64,000 bases of DNA, from IMG/VR virus record IMGVR_UViG_3300037086_000332. The stretch is one strand, 5' to 3'. Under the pieces are notes generated by a model, which was not told the origin of the DNA, did not search any database, and saw nothing but the letters and a program-made list of their open reading frames with translations. This document shows, piece after piece, positions 10,601 through 19,320 of this stretch. This DNA is from an uncultured virus (IMG/VR IMGVR_UViG_3300037086_000332) (lineage: Duplodnaviria > Heunggongvirae > Uroviricota > Caudoviricetes). Both the position numbers and the translations under genes were made by a program. Position 1 is the stretch's first letter; the number at the start of each line of letters is the position of its first letter.

Positions 10601-13600
10601 TTGAAGAAACATTTGAAGCTGCACCAGTTCCATCAATTGAGAATCCACCCGAAGCATCCAAAGTTGCAGCAACAGCATTCATATCCAAAGTGGCAACAGC
10701 ATCAACGGTTAGAGTTCCAGAAGTTAGAGTACTAACTGTCAAGTTCTGACCAGTTGAAGAAACATTTGAAGCTGCACCAGTTCCATCAATTGAGAATCCA
10801 CCCGAAGCATCCAAAGTTGCAGCAACAGCATTCATATCCAAAGTGGCAACAGCATCAACGGTTAGAGTTCCAGAAGTTAGAGTACTTAGAGTAAGTCCTG
10901 CAGCGGTTGTTGAGATTCTAGATGTAGCTGTTCCATCAATTTCGAATGAAACTGCGTCAACATCAAATCCACCAGCTGTGATTATTTCTACAGAATCAGC
11001 ACCAGTTGCACTTGTATCAATCTTGAACGTATAGTTTCCAGACTGATCATAATTACCATTCAAGTCTAGAGTTAGAGCATCGACATTTACATCTGCAGCA
11101 GAAACCAAATCGATTGTTCCTACACCAGCAACGGTTGCTGTGATATTTTGTCCACTTACTGCATCAACCGTGACTGAATTACCGTCCATATTGAGAACAC
11201 CAGCAGCAGAAACATTCAAGTTTCCAGAAGTAACTGTGCTTAGAGTCAATGCTTGGCTAGTGGTACTAGTAACAGTGACATTAGAAGCAAGAACTCCATC
11301 GATTGAGAATGAACCAGAATCTAGAGTAAGAGATTTAGTTGCATCATCTGTGACTAGAGCAATTCCTCCCTGCTGAGATTCAAGCTTTATAGCATCAGCA
11401 GCAGTTGAAGAGACACTCGCCACCAATACTTTTCCAGTTCCAACTGCTCCAATTTCTACGTTTCCTGATCCTTGGCTATCCAAAGAAAGAAGTTGATTAG
11501 AAGCTGAATAAAGTTCAATTCTTCCAACAGTAGAAATGTGCAAATAAGCTCCGCTGTCATCATCGAGTGAGAATCCTTGCTTTGTGTCAATGTTCATTCC
11601 GCCAGAAGTATCAACGTTAACTGAATCAGCAGCTGTTCCAGCGGTGACTTTGAATTTAGCCGTATCAGTTCCGTCTACAACTTCGAAGTATTTAGAAGCA
11701 GACAATGTCCAAGCCACACTCGTGTCATCTACTGTAACGCTCGAGCCACCATCATAAGCCGTGTCAAGAGAAGTAGCTCCAGTTCCTGTTGTCGTTGCAA
11801 CATTTTCAAAATTGCCTGAGGCAAAGTTGAGAACCTGGAATGTATCAGTTGATTCATTCCATCTAATAATGGCTGGGTCTGCTTGTCTAATGTTTCCTGC
11901 TACTCCCGCCTGTGCAGCACTTAGAGTGTTATAGACCTTGTCTAAAATGAGGATGTCGCTAGATTTACTAGCAACTCTATAGAGTCCGTCGTTGTCATTA
12001 TCTGTTGCGCCGTAAATTTCCAGATAGTCATTAGCCGCCCAAGCAGTTCCCTCTCCCGTGTTCAAAGCAATTTCGTGTTGAGCAGATCCACCACCAGTTG
12101 TTCCAGTGAGTGTCAAACTCTGAATTGTTCCAGTTGCTCCAGCATTTACTAGTCTCTTGATCTGTAAGAATGCATCAGAGTTGAGAGCTGAGCTTGTAAT
12201 ATCTGCATTCCAAGTCTGCATATTGTCGCCAATATTGACATTGTTTGAATTGACTGTTGTTGTGGTTCCGTCAACAACCAAATCTCCGTAGACTCTAACT
12301 GTGTCTTGGAATACTGTGAATAGATCTGTAAAGTTTGATCCACCATCAAATGTTCTGAGTACAATTCTGTCATCAGCTTCATTTCCAATAGTGAGCATCA
12401 TATCTGAAGAATAACCAGAGAAGTAAGCAGTCGCAGCGCCCGTTGCTTTTCTTTCTGCCATTACAGCATCGATATAGATAGCGTAGTTTTCTGCACCTGT
12501 TCCATCTGCAATAATTTTGAAATTACCAGTTGCTGTATTGTTGGTGACATTGACTGTATATCTCGTCCAAGCTGATGGATTTGTTCCAGCAGGAATAATC
12601 TCAGTGATTGTTCCTCCAGGCATCTGGATACTAATTGCTCCAGAATTTGTTCCCATCGCATATAGAGATATAGTGTGATTAGAAGCTGCAGTCAAACCTG
12701 TCAGAGATTGAGTTACAATATCAACAGGTGTTGCCAGTGCTGTTCCAGTAAATCCGAGTGACCAGTCATTGTAGAAGTGTTGAGCTTGTGTTCTTACCGC
12801 ACCAGAAGCTTCAGTCCATTCATCTGCATCTCCTGCAGTTCCCAACTCAAATCCAGTATTTCTCAAAAGGTTGGCTGCACTTGCATTTCCAGTTCTTCGG
12901 CCAGAAATTGTTGCAGTATCTGATGGGTCAACTGAAGTGATGTTGATCTGGTCAACATATAACTTCTTATCTGCTGCAACATAGGTATCACCAGCAATAT
13001 TAACTCTTGGAGAGTCAAGTTCAATAGTCGCTGCTCCATTGATGTCTACTTTACCAGTTCCAGTTGTGTTGATTGTAACATCTTTATTTACAGCGGCGTC
13101 AATTTCAACTCCGCCTGCTTGAGCATTGATTTTGATCGCATCAGCGGCGGTATTTTGAACATCTTGAATAAGAATCTTTCCTGTGTTAGCATAGAGATTG
13201 AGATATGAATCTCCTGAAATTGTCGCGTTCGATGAATAGCTTCCTGCCGATAATTGTCCACCGGCCGTTAGATATATATATCCTCCGCCAGCTTGATCAA
13301 TGTTTACAGTTTTGCCTGATGGGGTATCGATATCAATTCCACCAGTAGAATCTACCTTGAATGAATCAGCAGCAGCGCTTGAAGTTGTGAACTGAGTTTT
13401 CTTAGAACTTCCAATGATGTTGTCAAATGCCGTGACATTGACACTTCCAGCAGTTGTTGTGCTAAGAGTCAAATCATAACCAGCAACTGTGAAATTTGAT
13501 GCTAGGGTTCCGTCAATTTCAATTGCTCCACCGTCAAGGTCAACAACAGTTGATCCAGCAAGTTCGATTGTTGGAGCAGTGAATGTTGCACTCGTGTCAG

Positions 13601-15725
13601 AGTCTGCAGTAATTATTTTTCCAGTTCCTGCATTGATGTCAATATGACCACCGTCAAGCTTCACGGTATCAGCTGAAACTAGATTAGTAATACCAGTTGA
13701 AGTAGTTGTAAGGGTGATGTTATTAGCAGCGGCAGCATCGATTGTTACTGCTGCACCTGCATTGATGTCTACTGCACCAGCAGCCGTGATGTCAATCTCT
13801 CCAGAAGTAGTAGTAGATAATTGCAATTGACCAGCATCAGTAGTTACATTCGATCCGCCAACACCATCAATGCTGAATGTACCAGTAGTATCAAGAGTCA
13901 TAGTCCCGGCATTCATATCAAGAGTACCGGTCGTAGTAACTTCTACAGTTCCAGCTGCACTCTTTAGTTGAATTCCACCCGTTCCCGCACTGATATCAAC
14001 TTTGAAATTTTGATTGCTTGTAGAATTAGCTCCAATTGCCTCATTATCCCAGAGATACTTCCAGTCTGTTGTCTCAGTAATACTAGTAGTTTGAGTGATA
14101 ACTTGAACGAATCTATTAGTGTCGCCGATGTATACTATTTCGTTAGCTTTGTAATAAGTGGCAGCTGCTTTTGCAGTAGTGAAATCACCAATAGCGGCAT
14201 AATACTTTCCACCGCCGGCTCCCATCGCTATACCTTCGAGCATTTCCTGAAGGTTTGAATTAGCTGCCAAACTTTTTCCAGTTGGAATAACTCCAGTAAT
14301 TCCATCAACACCAATGAGATTTGCTCCGCCAGCTGTTCCAACTGCAACGCCCTGAGTTTTAATCAATTCAACATATTCAGTAAGGTCGTCTCTATTAGCA
14401 TTTACGGCTCCCATAATAGAAGTAATGGCAGCTGTTCCAGTTCCTGGAGAGGGCCTTGTCCAGTCAAAATCAGTTTGGATATCATAGGCAAAATTGGAGC
14501 TAAGAGCGCTAGCATTTGTCTGAGAAAATGGAATTGCGGCTGTGCGAGAATCATTAAATGTTATGTCGGCAGCAGAATTAAGTGCCACATCTCCAGAAGT
14601 TGTTGTAGAAATAGTCAAAGTTCCAGTTGAAATAGTTAGGTGAGAAGCACCAATACCATCAAGTCCCAAAGTTCCTGCTGAATTAACTGTAATATTTCCA
14701 GAAGTTGTAGTCGATAGACCCAAACTTCCAGTGGTAACCTCCCAACTTGAAGCACCTGTTGAGACGACTGCTAAAGTTCCAGTTGTAATAGTAGAAGTTC
14801 CGGCATCCACATCTAGAGCGTTGCTACCAGCATTGAGAGTGATTGAATCTCCACTTCCAGACGCAACAACGTGCAATTCTCCAGTAAGATGAAGATCACC
14901 AGTCGCAGTCTGAGCGGCATTAACTGTCATAGTATCAGGACCACCAGAAACTGCTGTAACTTTGAATATATTTGTAGAACCATTTGATTCAGTTACTTGG
15001 AAATCTTTTGTGTTCGAAAGCTTCCAGAACATTCCATTATCAGCTATAACTGCATAGCCATCTGCTGTAGAGTTATTATAAGTGTCGTCCATTGTAAGAG
15101 CAGCAGCTCCACCAGTGGATTCCTGTGCTGTTGGACCAACATACACATAACAAGACAAAACACCATTTTGAGATGTGTCACTAAGATCTGATCCAAAATT
15201 GACCATATTACCAACTGGATCTCCTTCCTGAGCAAGGATACCTGCAACTGGATCAACTATCCAATCGCACGCATCTAGAGGATAAATTTCAGTTGTTTTG
15301 GCGTGATCAGAGAAAAGATGTGGTCTAAAATTGGCGTTACTATAGTTTTCTAGAATAACACCAGTTACTCTATCTCCAACCGCATAAGCTATTCCAGTTA
15401 GAGGATTTATTTTTCCTGATAGACCTGCAGGAACGGCACCCGCGGGAACATATAGTGAGTAAGCAGCGTATTTGCCGCTTACCAACGTTGTTGGAATAGG
15501 TTTTAATTCCAGATCAACTCGAGTGGCGTTTCCGACGAGTCCATCCGTAACGGCAGTGGCCACTGTCATTGTAGGAGTAATTTTCTTACCCCAAATATCT
15601 CCAGCACTGACTAGGAAGCGTGAGGAGTACTCTTCGTTAAAAAACTCTTTTACGTTTGTGGTCTGTGCTACTCCGACTGACTTCTTAAAACCTATATTAG
15701 CTTTTGTATCAATGGTGAATGCCAT
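7635..15725 (-). CDS. Giant repetitive virion structural/fibre protein
   Basis: 2696 aa, Thr/Ala/Gly/Ser-rich beta-strand repeats (LTLSTxTSG, FSIDG); an NLLRNTGFE segment resembling a carbohydrate-binding jelly-roll; GGAGG RBS. Confidence 0.75.
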   Translation of the reverse strand: MAFTIDTKANIGFKKSVGVAQTTNVKEFFNEEYSSRFLVSAGDIWGKKITPTMTVATAVTDGLVGNATRVDLELKPIPTTLVSGKYAAYSLYVPAGAVPAGLSGKINPLTGIAYAVGDRVTGVILENYSNANFRPHLFSDHAKTTEIYPLDACDWIVDPVAGILAQEGDPVGNMVNFGSDLSDTSQNGVLSCYVYVGPTAQESTGGAAALTMDDTYNNSTADGYAVIADNGMFWKLSNTKDFQVTESNGSTNIFKVTAVSGGPDTMTVNAAQTATGDLHLTGELHVVASGSGDSITLNAGSNALDVDAGTSTITTGTLAVVSTGASSWEVTTGSLGLSTTTSGNITVNSAGTLGLDGIGASHLTISTGTLTISTTTSGDVALNSAADITFNDSRTAAIPFSQTNASALSSNFAYDIQTDFDWTRPSPGTGTAAITSIMGAVNANRDDLTEYVELIKTQGVAVGTAGGANLIGVDGITGVIPTGKSLAANSNLQEMLEGIAMGAGGGKYYAAIGDFTTAKAAATYYKANEIVYIGDTNRFVQVITQTTSITETTDWKYLWDNEAIGANSTSNQNFKVDISAGTGGIQLKSAAGTVEVTTTGTLDMNAGTMTLDTTGTFSIDGVGGSNVTTDAGQLQLSTTTSGEIDITAAGAVDINAGAAVTIDAAAANNITLTTTSTGITNLVSADTVKLDGGHIDINAGTGKIITADSDTSATFTAPTIELAGSTVVDLDGGAIEIDGTLASNFTVAGYDLTLSTTTAGSVNVTAFDNIIGSSKKTQFTTSSAAADSFKVDSTGGIDIDTPSGKTVNIDQAGGGYIYLTAGGQLSAGSYSSNATISGDSYLNLYANTGKILIQDVQNTAADAIKINAQAGGVEIDAAVNKDVTINTTGTGKVDINGAATIELDSPRVNIAGDTYVAADKKLYVDQINITSVDPSDTATISGRRTGNASAANLLRNTGFELGTAGDADEWTEASGAVRTQAQHFYNDWSLGFTGTALATPVDIVTQSLTGLTAASNHTISLYAMGTNSGAISIQMPGGTITEIIPAGTNPSAWTRYTVNVTNNTATGNFKIIADGTGAENYAIYIDAVMAERKATGAATAYFSGYSSDMMLTIGNEADDRIVLRTFDGGSNFTDLFTVFQDTVRVYGDLVVDGTTTTVNSNNVNIGDNMQTWNADITSSALNSDAFLQIKRLVNAGATGTIQSLTLTGTTGGGSAQHEIALNTGEGTAWAANDYLEIYGATDNDNDGLYRVASKSSDILILDKVYNTLSAAQAGVAGNIRQADPAIIRWNESTDTFQVLNFASGNFENVATTTGTGATSLDTAYDGGSSVTVDDTSVAWTLSASKYFEVVDGTDTAKFKVTAGTAADSVNVDTSGGMNIDTKQGFSLDDDSGAYLHISTVGRIELYSASNQLLSLDSQGSGNVEIGAVGTGKVLVASVSSTAADAIKLESQQGGIALVTDDATKSLTLDSGSFSIDGVLASNVTVTSTTSQALTLSTVTSGNLNVSAAGVLNMDGNSVTVDAVSGQNITATVAGVGTIDLVSAADVNVDALTLDLNGNYDQSGNYTFKIDTSATGADSVEIITAGGFDVDAVSFEIDGTATSRISTTAAGLTLSTLTSGTLTVDAVATLDMNAVAATLDASGGFSIDGTGAASNVSSTGQNLTVSTLTSGTLTVDAVATLDMNAVAATLDASGGFSIDGTGAASNVSSTGQTLTISTVTAGTLLAITSAGSIQTNADAASYVNVNGYNLTLKTTSAGNVVLQSAGTLTFADAIASTAIPFSQTNAGTLVSEFAYDTQTDFNWTRPGLGTAAITSIMGAVDANRLDISEYVELVRTEGAAIGTAAGANLIGVDGIAGVIPAGKLVGEDANLQQMLEGMVVSSGGMKSFANLAAFTTSKSTGADYFLTGSVVYLQDIARFVEVLTSTTGVTENTDWNYIAGANLPLGGAKYYFNLSGTADDSFLVTTLGGVDINAAASHSITLDQASGGYLHIATTGAVDLEGKSGQLTKIAAQGSGNLELDAASGKVLIQDTTSTAVDSIKLDSTLGGIVLVTEDATKAITMDSGSFSIDGVLASNVTTTGADLTISTITSGAIDINSASTTTIQPAVNKQVDITTTGTGYITLTSAVDVNIDTTLDMNGNFDQTGNYTFTIDSSSSSTSSVSITTDGGVVVDATKAVVIDAAVASRFTTTAANLTLSTVTSGTLAVTSAATLDMNAVAATLDATGGFSIDGSGAVSNVSSTGQALTISTITSGALDVTSAGTMTATATGANATVKTVTSGDVALNSAGAITFKDAIASTAIPFSETSIGVLPNSFTSILGALKGLYDAQQGANTLDEIYDGESGTRTITQDNGSVTWNLSNTYYHQFAGSGGAAILKVTSVGTTGSVGVTGDITATGGVSFTTSASTKSFNVVGGSNAVVIDGGAISIDGSVASNLSTTAADLTVSTITSGTLYVTAAAALDIDAAANSYMKVTGGDLTLQTATSGDIKLTSIAAISMTGAADSKLEVAGGDITLKTTGSTADIFLTSNNAITGTAKATSSIMVTGANLTIGTVTTGELYFDDARTAAIPFSDSTTYVLPSGTTSILGAIKQAFEAQTDVAFDYAEVTASSTDVTNTYVVVTIDLPTTGTFPMTPSALRSNTPKHYYAAVYLNGLRLNDAAWNYNFSTTKRIHIIDPMVAGDIVMIELKTLADASF
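10592..10886. repeat. Exact intragenic tandem duplication, period 153 bp (51 codons)
   Basis: 10592-10733 reads identically to 10745-10886. Confidence 0.85.
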
Positions 15726-15746
15726 AACTTTCCTCCAATTTTAAAC

Positions 15747-18700
15747 TTATAACCAGGTTACCGTGATTCCATCAATGCTTCCAGTCCAAGCAGCAGCCGC
15801 CGTAATCTTAACCACAATTGCGTGTCCAGAAGTAATAGTACTTCTTGTTCCTAATGTAATACCCCAATTAGTTGGGATAGTATTTCCAAATGTTGCTGCA
15901 TAGCAACCAATATCATCAATAGAGATATAAGGAGTAACTGCATCTTTCCACTCTACCACTGCAGATGCATTTTGTGTAGTGTTTGGAGCAAGAATTTGAA
16001 GAGTAAGGTTGTTCGAACCCACTCCAGTAGCAACACTAACAAAGGTTGCACTAGTTGCCACGACATTGAGTCTAAAGTTCTGTCGACCAGCCGCATCATA
16101 GAAATATCTGATATAAGTGCGTGTTCCACTGGCTGTTGAATAATTTGGATTTGATGCAGGACCATTCGTCGCTGCACTAAAATTTCCATTCGTGATATTC
16201 GTGATATGAGAGGTAACCTTAGGATAAGTCAATTTTCCGTTACTTATCAAAAGTCCAGTGTTGTGATCTGCATCAGATCCAATAAGAGATTGCGTACTAT
16301 CCCAAACAGTTGCTGTTGGTCTTCCTCCACCCGTAGCGTAACCAGTTGTTACACTTAGATTCGTATCAATAGCCTCATTCATTCTATAGGATTCATCATC
16401 AAAGCTTTCAACAACATCAGTTGAATCAGCAGCAGTAGCATCAAGCAAGAGATTACCAATTGAGTCACCAGAAGACTGAGTATCAGATTGAACTGTTCTG
16501 TCTGTCGTAACTTTCATTGTAATCGAATCATTCAAGATTCTACTTGAAGTTGAAATAGTGACTGAATCATTTGTTCTAGTAACATCATCTGCTTCTGTTG
16601 CCATTGTTGGCATAGCCGCGTTTGAAGCGGAGCATCTCGTGCCTTGATAACTGATGGCGGATGCAGATGAGGAATAGGTATTCATATATCCGTTAGAAAT
16701 AACAACATCATATTGAGCAGTTCCACTAGTGTGATATGTTACACCAGAAATATGATTGGCACCACTCATTGATTGAGTGTGTAGGTCTTCAGATGCATAA
16801 CTTGTACCGGTTGTCGCAGCATCAACCACCCAATCAAATGTCTGAGTTGATCCATATAGTGTAGTACCTGGATACTCGTGTCGAACTGTAACAGTGTTGT
16901 ATCCGTTTCTCTGACCAGCTGCACCAACACTCCAAGTACCTGTTCTATACATTAATGATGGAACGTTAAGATTGCTTCCATTATCAAACTTGTAGTATGT
17001 AGCTGCACTAAGAGTAAATCCTGATCCATTTCCATCGAGTGCTGCTCCAGCTCCTGCAGTTGTCAAATCTACTGTTTTAACATCGGTTCCATTTACGCTA
17101 AGAATCAAATTACCTAGATGCCCATTTGCAAAAGAATTGTTGGGATATGGTCTAGAGTTTGTATAGCCTGGAACAACGTTATTTGCAAGAGTACCACTCA
17201 TTGCAGTAGAGGCGTTGAAAATACCTTTCGTATTTCCACTAACGTTATAGGCACCATTCTTGTCAATCGAAGGATGATTTGTATATCCAGAAATAGCATT
17301 AGTAGCTCCGAAAGAAAGCTTGCCACTCACTCCTGATTGAGTAAAGCTTGCTGATGTAAGAGCAGGAGCAGGTTGAGGAGCGAGCGCCTTCATAACTTCA
17401 TTGAGCTGATCGACAGCCGTTCCAATTAGTGTGCCTGTTGGAGTCCAGTCCTGAATTAGTCCATCATCATAAGTAGTATCAGCAGGAGTACCAATGTAAA
17501 TAGAACCCGATCCTGCAGTCTGAGTCTTAAGTTCGTTAATTGCTCCAACAATAGATGTTGCAGTAAATCCAGCATTAAGTGCTGCTGTTCCTGATTGTGA
17601 TAGAGGAATAGGATTGGTCAAGTTGGTGTCTTTTAGATTTAAAACTCCGGCTGATTGAACAGCTAATATTCCAGAAGTTGTTGTTGATACGGTAAGGTTT
17701 GCTGCGATGGCATCAATTGTAGAGGCAGCATTTGCTTCAAGGGCGAATGAACCATAAGTTGTTCCACCAGTCAAAGACAAAATATGACCAGTGCCTGCAC
17801 TATCGCTCACCTGGAATATTTTTGCACTTGTCAAATTCCAATTTACATTAGCACTGTCAACTGCGACAGTTGCACCATCATCATACGCCTCATCAAGAGA
17901 GAAGGTAATGTCGATATTTCCAGCAATGATATTATCAACTTCTCCCTGTAAATCAGCAAGAGCAACCTGAACCGTAGTTGCTTGGGTAGGCGTTGATCCA
18001 CCGTTATTAAGATTAGTTATGTTTTCAATTCCAACCAAACTAGCTCCAGAGGAACTAGATGTGGTTGAACCAATTTGTGCTATGCTATAAAATCTTGTAT
18101 CGAGAACATTGGCTCCTTGAGAAGCCAATGGATTTAAATCTGATCTATTGTAATATCTGGTATCAATTGCACCAGCCTGCAAAGCAGTTTGTGAATAATA
18201 TCTGCTATCTAATTGTCCACCATCCAATTCTGTTTTAGAGTAATAAAGATCGTTGTGATTGTGAGAACCAGTTACACCAACAATCTCAGAAAAGCCTGTT
18301 CCGGTGATATATCCCTTTAGAGGAGCATTGTCCAGATCGAAAATCTCCAAGAACATAAAATCAACATAGGCTGCTGAACCTGAACTGTTTTTTGTAAAAG
18401 TAAAGCCGGTTGCCATTGTGGCACCACTTTCTGAAATTGGATCAGTAAAACCAGCAATCTTGCTAGTGATACGGACGACAGCGAGTGTTGCAACGGCGGT
18501 GTAAGCATTTCCACTTCCGGCAAGACCAATTGCTGTAGCGGTGGTCGAAGCAACAGTATTAGCAGTGTCGTTGGCTGTTAAATCAACTTCAATTCCGACT
18601 AGATTAGAGACTCCAAGAACTGGAGCAACTCCAACAGCTCCGACTTTATACCAAACAAAATAGTCGGGTGTTTGGTCACCTGGGGTATGAAGAATAAAAT

Positions 18701-19247
18701 ACTTTCCAGCCAAACTACCAGCCACATCAGCAACACAAGTGACATCTGATTGTGCCATTGCTCCCATTGTGAAAGCTGTGCCAGTATGATTAAAGAAATA
18801 CAAAGAATAGTGACTTGAGTCTGGATTTCTTAGTTCTGCATACGCTTGCCCACCAGTTCCGTCATCAACTGGATCAGAGGTCGTGTGGTCTCGAAGTTGA
18901 ACTTTGTAGTTTGCGACACCAGTTCCATCACTGGCTGTTCCTGTGGTAAAAACGCCCTTTACACTTCCGTCGTGGGTAACCGTATCGGTTGCTGCGGCAC
19001 CTGTAACCGCTGCCGTTACATCAACAGAACTGCCTGATACAGCAGCATTGGAAACCAAGTCCCACAATGCAATTGGCTTATATTGTAATACTTTAATTTC
19101 AACTGAGCGGTCTGCATTTAAGTCTCCACCAACAATGTGCCCAGAGAGAGCTAATTTGGTATATTGAATAGCAGCATTGCTCGCTACGTGATCATCTAAT
19201 ATAGATGAACTTTGAATTTGTGCGCCTCGGATTTGCGTTAATGCCAT
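15747..19247 (-). CDS. Large virion structural protein
   Basis: 1166 aa; shares FTATSIVGAxNELK and LDxAYDxG modules with its neighbours; C-terminal half resembles 19321..23187; GGAGG RBS. Confidence 0.7.
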   Translation of the reverse strand: MALTQIRGAQIQSSSILDDHVASNAAIQYTKLALSGHIVGGDLNADRSVEIKVLQYKPIALWDLVSNAAVSGSSVDVTAAVTGAAATDTVTHDGSVKGVFTTGTASDGTGVANYKVQLRDHTTSDPVDDGTGGQAYAELRNPDSSHYSLYFFNHTGTAFTMGAMAQSDVTCVADVAGSLAGKYFILHTPGDQTPDYFVWYKVGAVGVAPVLGVSNLVGIEVDLTANDTANTVASTTATAIGLAGSGNAYTAVATLAVVRITSKIAGFTDPISESGATMATGFTFTKNSSGSAAYVDFMFLEIFDLDNAPLKGYITGTGFSEIVGVTGSHNHNDLYYSKTELDGGQLDSRYYSQTALQAGAIDTRYYNRSDLNPLASQGANVLDTRFYSIAQIGSTTSSSSGASLVGIENITNLNNGGSTPTQATTVQVALADLQGEVDNIIAGNIDITFSLDEAYDDGATVAVDSANVNWNLTSAKIFQVSDSAGTGHILSLTGGTTYGSFALEANAASTIDAIAANLTVSTTTSGILAVQSAGVLNLKDTNLTNPIPLSQSGTAALNAGFTATSIVGAINELKTQTAGSGSIYIGTPADTTYDDGLIQDWTPTGTLIGTAVDQLNEVMKALAPQPAPALTSASFTQSGVSGKLSFGATNAISGYTNHPSIDKNGAYNVSGNTKGIFNASTAMSGTLANNVVPGYTNSRPYPNNSFANGHLGNLILSVNGTDVKTVDLTTAGAGAALDGNGSGFTLSAATYYKFDNGSNLNVPSLMYRTGTWSVGAAGQRNGYNTVTVRHEYPGTTLYGSTQTFDWVVDAATTGTSYASEDLHTQSMSGANHISGVTYHTSGTAQYDVVISNGYMNTYSSSASAISYQGTRCSASNAAMPTMATEADDVTRTNDSVTISTSSRILNDSITMKVTTDRTVQSDTQSSGDSIGNLLLDATAADSTDVVESFDDESYRMNEAIDTNLSVTTGYATGGGRPTATVWDSTQSLIGSDADHNTGLLISNGKLTYPKVTSHITNITNGNFSAATNGPASNPNYSTASGTRTYIRYFYDAAGRQNFRLNVVATSATFVSVATGVGSNNLTLQILAPNTTQNASAVVEWKDAVTPYISIDDIGCYAATFGNTIPTNWGITLGTRSTITSGHAIVVKITAAAAWTGSIDGITVTWL

Positions 19248-19320
19248 AACCTTTCCTCCTGTGGAGATTCCTAAATCTAAAGAATTCTATGATTATCTTA
19301 TACTGTCGTCGCTCACACTA

